A stretch of 64,000 nt of DNA, taken from contig CAYYLO010000003.1 of the NCBI GenBank assembly GCA_964472675.1, positions 3,768-67,767 of the forward strand, given 5' to 3'. Position 1 is the stretch's first letter, and the number at the start of each line of letters is the position of its first letter. The notes under the pieces were generated by a model. That model worked only from the letters and a program-made list of their open reading frames with translations. It searched no databases and had not been told where the DNA came from. Below are positions 1 to 9,288 of this stretch, piece by piece. This DNA is from an uncultured Gammaproteobacteria bacterium. Its GTDB lineage: Bacteria; Patescibacteriota; Microgenomatia; UBA8517; UBA10165. The position numbers and the translations under genes were made by a program.

Positions 1-55
1 TAGTTTGATTGTAGCAGTTTCGAAAGTTGAGGCCAACTTGTGTACAATATACGCT

Positions 56-1144
56 ATGGACACAGATGAGCAAATTAGGGCAATAGAGATTGAAATGGCC
101 AAGACACCGTATCACAAGGCTACGCAGAAGTGGTTTGGGAAGATGCGGGCCAAAATTGCTAAATTGCGGGCACAAGAGACAGACCGCCAAGTTAAAAAAG
201 GTGGCGGTGGGGGTGGCGGGTTTGGCCTCAAAAAGTTTGGCGATGCGACTGTTGTATTAGTTGGTTTTCCTTCTGTTGGCAAATCAACACTTCTAAACAA
301 ACTTACCAATGCCAATTCCCCAACCGCTGAGTACGCGTTCACTACAGTTTCTGTAATACCAGGGATGATGAATTACAACGGCGCGCAGATACAAATTTTG
401 GATGTGCCGGGTTTGATTGAGGGCGCAGCCCGTGGTTTTGGCCGAGGGCGGGAAGTTTTGTCTGTTGCTCGCGGGGCAGACCTTTTGCTGCTTATTGCTG
501 AAGCCGGACACGAGAAAAGCCAGTTTACCAAGATTGAAACTGAGCTTTATCAAAACGGGGTCCGTTTAAATGAGGAAGAGCCGAATGTAGTTATCTCAAA
601 AACTTTACGGGGTGGTATTAAAATCAATTCCACAACATCACAAGAGCTATCCCGGGAGACAATTGTGGAAGTTGTCCATGAATTTGGCCTCATAAACGCA
701 GAAATTACGATCAAAGAAAAGCTTGACCTTGATCGTTTAATTGATGCTTTTGCTCCCAACAGAGTTTATATGCCTGCTTTATATGTAATTTCGAAAACAG
801 ATAAACATAAAGCGAAATATGAGCATGTGATTTCAATAAGTGCTGAAAAAGAAATAGGACTTGAAGAATTAAAGGAAGCGATATGGAATAATCTCAGATT
901 AGTGAGAATTAACCTAAGACCAGCCGGAAAATTAGCCTTACACCCCCGAGGTGTAAGCTCAAACGTTGAGCCACTGATTATGCATGAGGGGCAGAAGTTA
1001 AAGGACGTTTTGGAAGCGGTTAGCCGTGAGATGGCTCAAGACAAGAAAGCAGCAAAAATTTGGGGACCAGGGGCAAGATTTCCGGGGCAAACAGTTTCAT
1101 TTGAAACGCGAATACAGGATGGTATGGAGGTTACCTTTATCTAA
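56..1144 (+). CDS. DRG-family (OBG superfamily) GTPase with C-terminal TGS domain
   Basis: TPYHKAT N-terminus, GFPSVGKST P-loop, AEYAFTT, DVPG, GRGREV, C-terminal WG..ARFPGQ.V; ATG at 56 lies 7 nt after TACAAT. Confidence 0.9.
   Translation: MDTDEQIRAIEIEMAKTPYHKATQKWFGKMRAKIAKLRAQETDRQVKKGGGGGGGFGLKKFGDATVVLVGFPSVGKSTLLNKLTNANSPTAEYAFTTVSVIPGMMNYNGAQIQILDVPGLIEGAARGFGRGREVLSVARGADLLLLIAEAGHEKSQFTKIETELYQNGVRLNEEEPNVVISKTLRGGIKINSTTSQELSRETIVEVVHEFGLINAEITIKEKLDLDRLIDAFAPNRVYMPALYVISKTDKHKAKYEHVISISAEKEIGLEELKEAIWNNLRLVRINLRPAGKLALHPRGVSSNVEPLIMHEGQKLKDVLEAVSREMAQDKKAAKIWGPGARFPGQTVSFETRIQDGMEVTFI
932..959 (+). repeat. REP-like hairpin (RAYT family) in-frame in the DRG gene
   Basis: TTAGCCTTACACCCCCGAGGTGTAAGCT; stem CTTACACC/GGTGTAAG; core matches the RAYT flanks. 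Confidence 0.85.
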
Positions 1145-1491
1145 TCATGAGAAAAGTTTTTCCATGAATCTGTTTGTTTATAAACCAGCCTTCGTGCTTC
1201 TGGCATAGATATACCCTGGAGAACCCCGCCTATTAATACCCCCTTTGCAAGCACAGCGTCTAAAATACCTGCATTTGTATATGTAGCTACAAGAAGTAAT
1301 ACACCACAAGTGAACCAATGGTGAAGATGTATTATGCGGCCGCGGGCAAAAAGACGTATGCTAGGAGTTAGCTGGACCCTACGACTCATTTTTATCGAGG
1401 GAATCTTGTGCCAAAGCTTTGAAGTCGGGTGGGTTAAATAATAAAAACCGGCATAGCCGGAAATTATGGACAGAACAAGAGCAAGATTCAT
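1141..1491 (-). CDS. hypothetical membrane protein
   Basis: 116-aa ORF, about 3 hydrophobic segments, HLHHW motif. Confidence 0.7.
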   Translation of the reverse strand: MNLALVLSIISGYAGFYYLTHPTSKLWHKIPSIKMSRRVQLTPSIRLFARGRIIHLHHWFTCGVLLLVATYTNAGILDAVLAKGVLIGGVLQGISMPEARRLVYKQTDSWKNFSHD

Positions 1492-1619
1492 GTCAGATTT
1501 CTTTTATAACGAAGTTTGAAGAGAAATTCAAATTTCTTTTATAATGTAACACAACTTCAATTTAAATTCACGCCCAAATCTTGCGTAAACGTTACAATTC
1601 GTCCATAATCTTATTAAAT

Positions 1620-2135
1620 ATGCAGTTGCTAGGCGATAGTGAACATGAGGTAAAACACGCTCGCGCGAGTGTCACAGGTGATGCAATCCAAGGTGAGGCT
1701 GAGTTTGAAGAGTTGCAAATTGGAACACAAACGCTTGTCAGACTTACCTTAACTTTGTCAGGCAATCCTCAAAAATTAGTCCCCGGTCTTCATGCAGTTC
1801 ATATCCACGAAAAAGCAGATTGCAGCGGAGATTTTGCCTGCGCTGGCGGACATTTTGACCCGGGGCCTTCCGGCAATTCTGATCCGGATGTCAACCATCC
1901 CTTCCACATGGGTGATTTACCCAATATTCTAATTGACGATGAAGGTAATGGAGTTTTGCAATGTGTGAGTACGCGCATTACCTTGTCTTCCGGCCCCCTT
2001 TCTATACTTGACGGAGAAGGCACTTCTCTGATGGTACATGCCAATCAGGACCCGTACCGTGGCGGTGAACATGGTTCAGGAATTTCCGGAGGGCCAAGAA
2101 TTGCCTGCGGAATTATCCGGGAAGTTCCTCTTTAG
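1620..2135 (+). CDS. sodC: Cu/Zn superoxide dismutase
   Basis: GLHAVHIHE, GGHFDP, HMGDLPN, MVHANQD, GPRIACG motifs; no signal peptide seen. Confidence 0.92.
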   Translation: MQLLGDSEHEVKHARASVTGDAIQGEAEFEELQIGTQTLVRLTLTLSGNPQKLVPGLHAVHIHEKADCSGDFACAGGHFDPGPSGNSDPDVNHPFHMGDLPNILIDDEGNGVLQCVSTRITLSSGPLSILDGEGTSLMVHANQDPYRGGEHGSGISGGPRIACGIIREVPL

Positions 2136-2180
2136 AAATTCTTACCTTCTTCTTTCCGTTTTTGGGGGGAATCTGCTCTC

Positions 2181-2209
2181 TTGACAGTAAGAAAACCTTT
2201 TGATATATT
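2181..2209 (+). promoter_or_regulatory. sigma70-type promoter upstream of the GH18 gene
   Basis: TTGACA followed by TGATATATT at near-canonical spacing. Confidence 0.55.
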
Positions 2210-2319
2210 GCCCCTCGCAGCTTAAAAAAACTTGCCCTGACTGATTCTTTAACCCGTCCTCACTTTCTTACACAAATTCTTCTTGGGGGTGCAGGAGTTT
2301 TAGTGTTGCACTAAATGCT

Positions 2320-3591
2320 TTGATAAAAATATTCAAATCTTCCCAAACATGGTTGGTTTGCGGCCTGGCTCTCTGGCTTTTAGGGGTAGCTCTAATGTCC
2401 AAACCTGTCGATGTGCTTTCGCCTCTTTATCCTAACCATATTCGGCCAGTTGCTAATGCTTCGCATATAGGTTATGAAATTTTTGGCTTTGCTCCACATT
2501 GGACACTGGACAAGCTGGACAATGTTGACTTTAATGTTTTAACAACACTAGCTTACTTTGGCGTCCCTGTTTTGGCTGATGGCAATTTGGATACCTCAAG
2601 TCGCGGATATGAAGTATTTAAAAGCAACAATGCAACAGAATTGTTTAATAAAGCACACAATCATGGCACACGCATACAGCTGACCTTGATTCAAATGGAC
2701 GCGGGAACGACAGAAAAGTTTTTGTCAAATAAGGACGCACAATCTCGCACGATTGATCAGGCTGTGAATGAGGTAAGTGCGCGCGGCATAGATGGGATAA
2801 ACGTTGATTTCGAATATTTTGGCTCAAACGGGGAAAAATATCGCCAGGACTTTACCAACTTTGTGGCAAATCTTACCCTGGCATTACATCAGCGTGTGCC
2901 GGGTAGTAAAGTAAGCGTAGCGTTATATGCTTCTGCTACTATATCTCCAAGAATTTATGATATTTCCTCGCTTTCTAAAACTTCTGATCAGATATTTATG
3001 ATGGCATACGACTTTGCCGGCACAAAGGCGGATATAGTTGCTCCGACATCTCCATTATATGGCGCCCAAGATGGTAGTTACTGGTATGACATTTCAACAG
3101 CCGTTGACGATTTTTTGACCCAAATGCCGTGCAACAAATTAGTTTTGGGGCTGCCCTGGTATGGGTATAATTATCCTGTCTATTCTCCGGGCAACAATGC
3201 TCTGACGCAAAAGGGTTACTATGTTTCCTCGCGTGTTCGCACAAAGCGTGGTTATAAAATAGTTCGCCGTTTTGTGAGCCCCCCTCCCTCTTTGGCTACC
3301 ACTTATGCACAACTCCAGCAGATTGGGTTTCATGGGGAAGGATTTACAACTGGATGGGACGATAAAGGACAGGTTGGCTGGGTAGCTTATAAACAAAACG
3401 GGGTTTGGAGGATGGCGTATCAGGAAGACACAAGGTCACTTGCTATTAAGTACGATTTTGCTAAACAAAAGAACCTGGGTGGGGTAGGTATTTGGGCTTT
3501 GGGGTTTGAGGGAGATACTAACGATTTCTGGGCATTGTTGCGTGAGAAGTTTAGTGCTCCCGTTTCGGCTGATGCAAGTGTAATACGATGA
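2320..3591 (+). CDS. glycoside hydrolase family 18 protein, N-terminally anchored
   Basis: DGINVDFE catalytic motif, MMAYD, LGLPWYG, LGGVGIWALG. Confidence 0.9.
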   Translation: MIKIFKSSQTWLVCGLALWLLGVALMSKPVDVLSPLYPNHIRPVANASHIGYEIFGFAPHWTLDKLDNVDFNVLTTLAYFGVPVLADGNLDTSSRGYEVFKSNNATELFNKAHNHGTRIQLTLIQMDAGTTEKFLSNKDAQSRTIDQAVNEVSARGIDGINVDFEYFGSNGEKYRQDFTNFVANLTLALHQRVPGSKVSVALYASATISPRIYDISSLSKTSDQIFMMAYDFAGTKADIVAPTSPLYGAQDGSYWYDISTAVDDFLTQMPCNKLVLGLPWYGYNYPVYSPGNNALTQKGYYVSSRVRTKRGYKIVRRFVSPPPSLATTYAQLQQIGFHGEGFTTGWDDKGQVGWVAYKQNGVWRMAYQEDTRSLAIKYDFAKQKNLGGVGIWALGFEGDTNDFWALLREKFSAPVSADASVIR

Positions 3592-3773
3592 AGATTTTTG
3601 AAGCTTTAGAAACGATATTGGCGGCTGTAGATTTAAAGAGACAATGGGTTACGTTTATAGTGAGCCTTTTGATTGTTTACTGGTTTGTATCCTTCCCTCT
3701 TTTTTCCTGGGTGTCGGCCAAGTTCCCGGTGTTTAACTTCCTGTCCGGAATTGAACAGTTTTTTGGGAATTGA
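3588..3773 (+). CDS. small membrane protein
   Basis: 61 aa, ATGA overlap with the GH18 stop, one TM segment. Confidence 0.6.
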   Translation: MKIFEALETILAAVDLKRQWVTFIVSLLIVYWFVSFPLFSWVSAKFPVFNFLSGIEQFFGN

Positions 3774-3897
3774 AGTTCCGAGGTTTAAAAAACTTCGAGT
3801 TTTGTAAAGGCGGACTAAATTTGTGCTGCCACCTCTTACAATACTCTACCCCACTTTTCACCCCCCCACTATCAAACTAGTTCAAACTCTAGACAAA

Positions 3898-5928
3898 ATG
3901 GATAGGCTGCCCCTGGGCGCAAAATCTTTGGTTGTCAAAACACTAATAACGGGAGTTGTTTTGCTTTTGACTATTTTGGCCATCCTGCCCGTTTTAACGC
4001 ACCTTTTCTACTCACGAGATCTAACAAGCCCCGAGAAAATAATGTATAGAAATGACACTGGGGTTATTCTTTTAGATAGAAAAGGCAGGCCTTTTTTTAC
4101 ATTTTCCGGCGCCAAAGATAAACAATTTGTTTCTTTAGACCAGATACCCAAAGACACACAAAATGCGTTTGTGGCTATAGAAGACAAAAGTTTTTGGGAT
4201 CACAAAGGCGTGTCTTTGCGGGCAATAATTCGCTCCTCCGTAGCCAATATTTTTTCAGGTAGCTTAAGTTATGGAGGTTCAACAATTACACAGCAGTTGG
4301 CAAGAGGCGCTCTTTTGTCCAGCAGAAAAAGTTTTGTCCGCAAATATCAAGAGCTGGTTTTAGCAAGAGAAATTGAAGAAAGGTACCCAAAACAGAAAAT
4401 CCTGGAAATGTATTTAAATACGGTTTACATGGGCAAGGGTTGTTTTGGGGTTGAGCAATGTGCCCAAACTTACTTTGGCAAAAATGCCAAAGACTTGAAC
4501 ATCGCTCAATCTGCCTTTCTTGCGGGGTTGTTGCCTGCGCCGTCAAGGCTTTCTGATCCTGCCTCTTTTCCTGAAGCTAAAAAACGGCAAAAGTTGGTCT
4601 TGCAGAAAATGCGCGAACAAAGATATATCAACCAAGACCAGGAGGGACAAGCGGGAGATGTACCGCTTGCCTTTGCAGATGGAACTCAGGCAATTGGGTA
4701 TGAGGCGCCACATTTTGCTTTTTTAGTTTTGGACCAGCTTAATAGTATTTATGGGGAAGAGTATGTAGCGCGATCCGGGTTTAAGGTGCGCACAAGTTTG
4801 GATTTAGACTGGCAAAAATATGCCCAGGAATCGGTTAGCAAAAACGTTACACTTATGGCTTCCAGAAATGTTTCAAATGGGGCTGCGGTTGTTCTTGATC
4901 CAAAGAGTGGAGAAATAAGGGCTTTGGTTGGCAGTCTGGACTGGTCAAACTCCGATTTTGGCAAAGTAAATGTAGCTACCAGCCTTCGCCAGCCAGGCTC
5001 TTCTTTTAAACCCATTTTATATGCAGCAGCTTTAGAAAACCAGGCAATTACTTTAGCTTCGGTATTGGACGACTCCCCTATTGAGATAAAAACAGCAGTT
5101 GGGCCGTATCGCCCAAAAAATTATGACGGTAAATTCCGCGGGAAAGTTTTAGTCAGGCGGGCTCTTGCTAATTCCTTAAATATTCCGGCGGTTAAGGTTA
5201 TCCAAAAAATTGGGGTGCCCCAGGCTTTATCAATGGCTCGCCGCTTAGGTATAACCAGCCTTGATCAGGAGGACAGGTTTGGCCCCTCGCTGGCTTTGGG
5301 GACAGGTGAAGTTCAGCTTGTCCAACTAGTTGGCGCATATGCTGTATTTGCCAACGAAGGCAAAAGATCTGAGCCTACCACTATCTTGGAGATTAAAGAT
5401 AAATATGGCAAACAAATTTATAATAATACAACGATAACCGAGCAAATTTTGGATCCGCGGGTAGCGTTTTTGATTTCATCCATATTATCTGACAGCAAAG
5501 CTCGTGAAGAAGAGTTTGGCAGGCTGCTTACTATCAGCCGGCCTGCGGCCGTAAAGACCGGGACTACCCAAACATACAGGGATTCCTGGACCGTGGGCTA
5601 TACCCCAAGTTTGGTTGTGGGCGTGTGGGTAGGGAACAATAGTGGCCGTTCGATGGACCGTGTGGCAGGTTCGATGGGCGCTGCGCCAATCTGGAAAGAT
5701 TTGATGGAACATTACCTTGCGGGAACAGCAATCGAAGAGTTCAAACTGCCGGAGGGGATTGTAGAACATACAATTTGTGACAAGGGAAATGTTTTAAATG
5801 AATATTTTATTTCGGGAACTGAACCGAAACAGGTTTGTATCCCCCCTTCCCCACAATTGTTGCAGCCTCCTGCTACAGTTACAACAGTTCAATCTCCGGT
5901 TGCCGCTGTTCCGCTTGACAATAATTAA
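3898..5928 (+). CDS. class A penicillin-binding protein (PBP1A family)
   Basis: EDKSF.DH.G, GGSTITQQ, RKYQE transglycosylase motifs; SSFK, SLN, KTG transpeptidase motifs; start uncertain. Confidence 0.93.
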   Translation: MDRLPLGAKSLVVKTLITGVVLLLTILAILPVLTHLFYSRDLTSPEKIMYRNDTGVILLDRKGRPFFTFSGAKDKQFVSLDQIPKDTQNAFVAIEDKSFWDHKGVSLRAIIRSSVANIFSGSLSYGGSTITQQLARGALLSSRKSFVRKYQELVLAREIEERYPKQKILEMYLNTVYMGKGCFGVEQCAQTYFGKNAKDLNIAQSAFLAGLLPAPSRLSDPASFPEAKKRQKLVLQKMREQRYINQDQEGQAGDVPLAFADGTQAIGYEAPHFAFLVLDQLNSIYGEEYVARSGFKVRTSLDLDWQKYAQESVSKNVTLMASRNVSNGAAVVLDPKSGEIRALVGSLDWSNSDFGKVNVATSLRQPGSSFKPILYAAALENQAITLASVLDDSPIEIKTAVGPYRPKNYDGKFRGKVLVRRALANSLNIPAVKVIQKIGVPQALSMARRLGITSLDQEDRFGPSLALGTGEVQLVQLVGAYAVFANEGKRSEPTTILEIKDKYGKQIYNNTTITEQILDPRVAFLISSILSDSKAREEEFGRLLTISRPAAVKTGTTQTYRDSWTVGYTPSLVVGVWVGNNSGRSMDRVAGSMGAAPIWKDLMEHYLAGTAIEEFKLPEGIVEHTICDKGNVLNEYFISGTEPKQVCIPPSPQLLQPPATVTTVQSPVAAVPLDNN

Positions 5929-6013
5929 CTTCTTACAAGATTTTGCAGTCGATTCTCACGGTTAGTGTGTACGCTGCTAAGGTTAAAGTATTAAGGTGGT
6001 GAGAATTTTAGAT

Positions 6014-6166
6014 ATGGCCCAACAGATTGCAGACAAAGTAAGGGGGTTTGCTGCCCTTTCCGAAGCAGAAAAGAAATACGACCGGCGCGGACGCGCCAAA
6101 CCGGTTATTAAGGCTAAGAACAGCCGCAAAAGTGTCAAAAAGGGGGATGAGTATTACGAGTGGTAA
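6014..6166 (+). CDS. small basic hypothetical protein (50 aa), below the ORF-track cutoff
   Basis: AAGGTGGTGA SD-like site, then MAQQIADKVRGFAALSEAEKKYDRRGRAKPVIKAKNSRKSVKKGDEYYEW. Confidence 0.55.
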   Translation: MAQQIADKVRGFAALSEAEKKYDRRGRAKPVIKAKNSRKSVKKGDEYYEW

Positions 6167-6246
6167 ATTCTTATTCACTACGAAAGAATTCACTCTCAGG
6201 GCAAAAAGTGCTTCTATTTAGCATACCCCTGACTGAGTTTGGAGTA

Positions 6247-6816
6247 CTAGTTTTTCTTTAGAAGATATACCGTGTGCCCTTTTCTTTTTTTGATGGCTAA
6301 CATTCGTAACTTGTATTTTCTTTCGACAAGGTGTGGAAGACGGTTTAGGGCGTTGACCACAACGACCCAAAGTTCCCCGCCGGGATTAAGAATGTCATGA
6401 GGTTTAACTATAAACTCTTCAATAATCGCCTCGTCCCCGAGTTTTGCTGGGATATTTGAAACGATTAGATCGAACGTTCTGTCCTGCACGGCTTCTATCC
6501 CAACACTGCCCAAAGCTTGAGCATTTGTTATTGCGTTTTTCTGTATGTTCTTCTCTGTGTAACGTACCGCAAGCAAATCCCGATCTATCATCCAGAATTG
6601 TGCATCGGGGATAGTTTTTGCAAGCACTATTCCGATTACTCCATATCCACATCCAATGTCTAAAATAGTTTTGGGATTATTAGGTTTTATTGCTCGGAGA
6701 AGTACGTCGGTTCCGTGATCAATGTCAAAAGTGGAAAACAACGTATTTCCGATATCAAACTTAAATTTTTTGTTGTTATATTTGCAACTAACCTCTTTTT
6801 TAAAATACACATCCAT
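6247..6816 (-). CDS. class I SAM-dependent methyltransferase (RsmC/MTS-like)
   Basis: FS..ID.GT..LL, LDIGCGYG, FDLIVSNIP. Confidence 0.85.
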   Translation of the reverse strand: MDVYFKKEVSCKYNNKKFKFDIGNTLFSTFDIDHGTDVLLRAIKPNNPKTILDIGCGYGVIGIVLAKTIPDAQFWMIDRDLLAVRYTEKNIQKNAITNAQALGSVGIEAVQDRTFDLIVSNIPAKLGDEAIIEEFIVKPHDILNPGGELWVVVVNALNRLPHLVERKYKLRMLAIKKRKGHTVYLLKKN

Positions 6817-6843
6817 GCCTGAAGTATATCAGGAATCAGTTTT

Positions 6844-8097
6844 TTATCGCACCAAAATCTCCTCCAATTCCTTGATTCCCCCGAAGGCGATGCGGTCGGG
6901 AATCGTGTTTTGAGTTCCCAGCATCCGTGCAGGAGTGATGACGAAGTTTCCCCAGCGCTGATTTATTTTATCTACAGCTTGGGTAAGTTTAGTTTTTTGA
7001 CCTAGCTCTCCAAAAAGGTCGGGTTGAAGGCTGGTTAGCTTTTGCAGGTTAAAGCAGGATTCGGCCAAAAGAATAACAGGCTTTTTCTTTGGGCAGTTGA
7101 TAAGCAGGCGGAAAACTTCTTTATAAATATCTCGCGAGTCAAAAAACGCTTTGGAGATAGTGTGACCATGATGCCACCAGTCATGGTCTTGAAAAACTAA
7201 AGATAAATGAACTCCTTGGGCTGCATACCCGGCGTTTCTTAGGCGGGAACCGGTTTTTTCGACCAGCTTTTGCAAGATAGGAGCCAGTTCTTCAGTATTG
7301 GCAAGAGGACGCGGAAGAGCAAAAGAATTACCAAAGCTTTTTCGCAAAGATTCTACATCGTCTATTTCCCAACCATGTAAGCGTACATGCCAGTAATATC
7401 CGTTAATTGAAGAAAAAGCGCTTTTGAGCCGGTGGACGGGGGCATTGTAAAAATCCATCACCGTGTGGATTCCCATACTGCCCAAACGGGCGGCGTTTCG
7501 GGCTTTGATTCCGCACAGGTCTGTAAGTTTTAAGCTCTGGAAAATCTTTTCATAATTGTTTTGATTGATAACATCTAAGCCGTCGGGTTTACGCAAACCC
7601 GCGCCCGTTTTGGCCAGGAAGCGGTTGGGAGCAATTCCAATAGAAACTGTCAGCCAATCCCCTATTTCTTCTTTGATTCTTTTTTTTATTTCGGCAGCGA
7701 CGTTGACTATACCTTTCTTGAAAGCAGGATAGCCTTCAAGATTTAACACAAACTCGTCTATAGATTTAGGGGCTAGTTTGTCGGTGTAAATTGATAAAAG
7801 TTTGCGTAAGCGAAGATGAACAGTACGGTATTTCCAAGGGTCCGGAGAAAGAACGATTAGGTTTGGATAAAGCAGTTTTCCCTCTTTGACGCGCATGCCG
7901 GTTTTGATGCCAAAACGCTTGGCTTCGATAGACGGTGCCAAAATGCAGCCGGAGGGAGAATTGTAAGCGGCCACAGCGATGGGTTTTCCTCGCAATTTAG
8001 GATTTGCCTGCTGTTCAATTGTTGCAAAGCAAGAGTTAAGATCAATATGCAAAACACTTGGATCTTTTGGGTTGAAAGGTAATTGAAATGGTTGCAT
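6844..8097 (-). CDS. dinB: Y-family DNA polymerase IV
   Basis: HIDLNSCFA, SIEAKRFG, SIDE, SIGIAPN.FLAK, KPDG; alternative start at 8115. Confidence 0.9.
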   Translation of the reverse strand: MQPFQLPFNPKDPSVLHIDLNSCFATIEQQANPKLRGKPIAVAAYNSPSGCILAPSIEAKRFGIKTGMRVKEGKLLYPNLIVLSPDPWKYRTVHLRLRKLLSIYTDKLAPKSIDEFVLNLEGYPAFKKGIVNVAAEIKKRIKEEIGDWLTVSIGIAPNRFLAKTGAGLRKPDGLDVINQNNYEKIFQSLKLTDLCGIKARNAARLGSMGIHTVMDFYNAPVHRLKSAFSSINGYYWHVRLHGWEIDDVESLRKSFGNSFALPRPLANTEELAPILQKLVEKTGSRLRNAGYAAQGVHLSLVFQDHDWWHHGHTISKAFFDSRDIYKEVFRLLINCPKKKPVILLAESCFNLQKLTSLQPDLFGELGQKTKLTQAVDKINQRWGNFVITPARMLGTQNTIPDRIAFGGIKELEEILVR

Positions 8098-8098
8098 T

Positions 8099-8359
8099 TT
8101 AGTCCGCTTCTCCATCCGCTATCTCTTCAACTGTCCAAAAAAGGGTTTCCGTATTTAAAACCAATTTAAAATATAAAGTTGCACTCTCGACTGAAAAAAC
8201 GTGCATTAATGTGCGTCCCACACGGTAAGAGTGGTGAAATCCGAGCCTGATGACTTTGTGAGTTTGTCCTTCCCAAATTACCCATCTAGGAAGGACAGAG
8301 CGGCACCTATGGTTAAAAACTAGAGCGACAGAAACTGGAGCGCTAATCTTTTGAACCAT
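8099..8359 (-). CDS. small beta-rich protein upstream of dinB
   Basis: 86 aa, stop 1 nt before the dinB ATG at 8097, own promoter. Confidence 0.75.
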   Translation of the reverse strand: MVQKISAPVSVALVFNHRCRSVLPRWVIWEGQTHKVIRLGFHHSYRVGRTLMHVFSVESATLYFKLVLNTETLFWTVEEIADGEAD

Positions 8360-8364
8360 ACCCT

Positions 8365-8394
8365 ATTAAACACCCGAACAAAGTACGAAGTCAA
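8365..8394 (-). promoter_or_regulatory. dinB-operon promoter with candidate LexA operator
   Basis: TTGACT-N18-TTTAAT, 5 nt before ATG; spacer contains the dyad CGTAC-TTT-GTTCG (8375-8387). Confidence 0.6.
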
Positions 8395-8463
8395 CCCCGT
8401 CATGGTCAGTTATATTATTGCCTCTTGCACTTCTGCTTGTCTTTACGCTAAATTAAAAAGCTG

Positions 8464-8934
8464 ATGGCTGCCCAGGACCAAACAAACTTTCAAACACCCG
8501 AGCAAAAACTTGAGTCTTTTGGTGAAAACACGAATAACCAAGCTGTGACTCTCCTTTCTGTTGAAAATGCAATTAAGGCAAGGCTTGCTCAAATTGAAAA
8601 ACAAAAGGAAGAAACCAAAGCTTTAAAAGAGATGGTAGATTCTTACCTTCTTAACGATCCTCTTTTTCAGGAACATGAAGAAATGGCCAAAAATGCCGCA
8701 AAACAGAGGAATGCAACTAAAAAAGCTCTTCTTTCCAAGTCTGACGCAAAGCAGATTGTGGAAAAATTGAAAATCGCGTTAGGCGAGGCAAAAGAGCTAA
8801 AAGATGGCCTGTCTTATTATTTGACACAATATCAGCAAATGACCGGACGGAACCAATTTGAAGATGAAGATGGCGAAGTCCGTGATATTGTCTACGTTGC
8901 CAAGCTCGTCAAACGCTCCGCATTTGATAAGTAA
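8464..8934 (+). CDS. hypothetical coiled-coil protein
   Basis: 156-aa charged helical ORF. Confidence 0.8.
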   Translation: MAAQDQTNFQTPEQKLESFGENTNNQAVTLLSVENAIKARLAQIEKQKEETKALKEMVDSYLLNDPLFQEHEEMAKNAAKQRNATKKALLSKSDAKQIVEKLKIALGEAKELKDGLSYYLTQYQQMTGRNQFEDEDGEVRDIVYVAKLVKRSAFDK

Positions 8935-8983
8935 CCTCTTCTGCTCTTCTTGTTTTCTTGTCTCCAAAGTGTAACATGGATAT

Positions 8984-9220
8984 ATGCTAACGCAACAAGA
9001 TTTGGAGCAGATAGAAGAACTGATTGAAGAAAAAATTGTCGAGAGAATTAGGCTGCTTCCTACTAGGGACGAGTTCTTCTCGAAAATGGACGAACTTATA
9101 ACGGAGTTAAAAGCCATGCGTGAGGAGCATGCTGTTTCGAAAGGCCAGGTAATTGATCACGAGGAAAGGCTGGAAAGTTTAGAAGAAATTCATCCCCAAG
9201 GCAAACACATACCTCTTTAA
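8984..9220 (+). CDS. small coiled-coil protein with HE.RL..LE.IHP.GKH tail
   Basis: 78 aa, TAACAT 6 nt upstream; paralogous tail near 61340-61390. Confidence 0.75.
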   Translation: MLTQQDLEQIEELIEEKIVERIRLLPTRDEFFSKMDELITELKAMREEHAVSKGQVIDHEERLESLEEIHPQGKHIPL

Positions 9221-9288
9221 AAGTAAAAAGCCGGGAAACAAGCATTTTCGTATACGTTGCACGAAAGCGCTCATCTCCCGGCTGTGGG

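Noticed and set aside
200-225. Gly-run repeat in DRG as an insertion
   Set aside because: A KK-GGGG-GF linker is normal for the DRG family.
2140-2310. c-di-AMP (ydaO) riboswitch upstream of the GH18 gene
   Set aside because: Only a short TTTTTGGGGGAATCT resemblance, upstream of the promoter; other conserved elements are absent.
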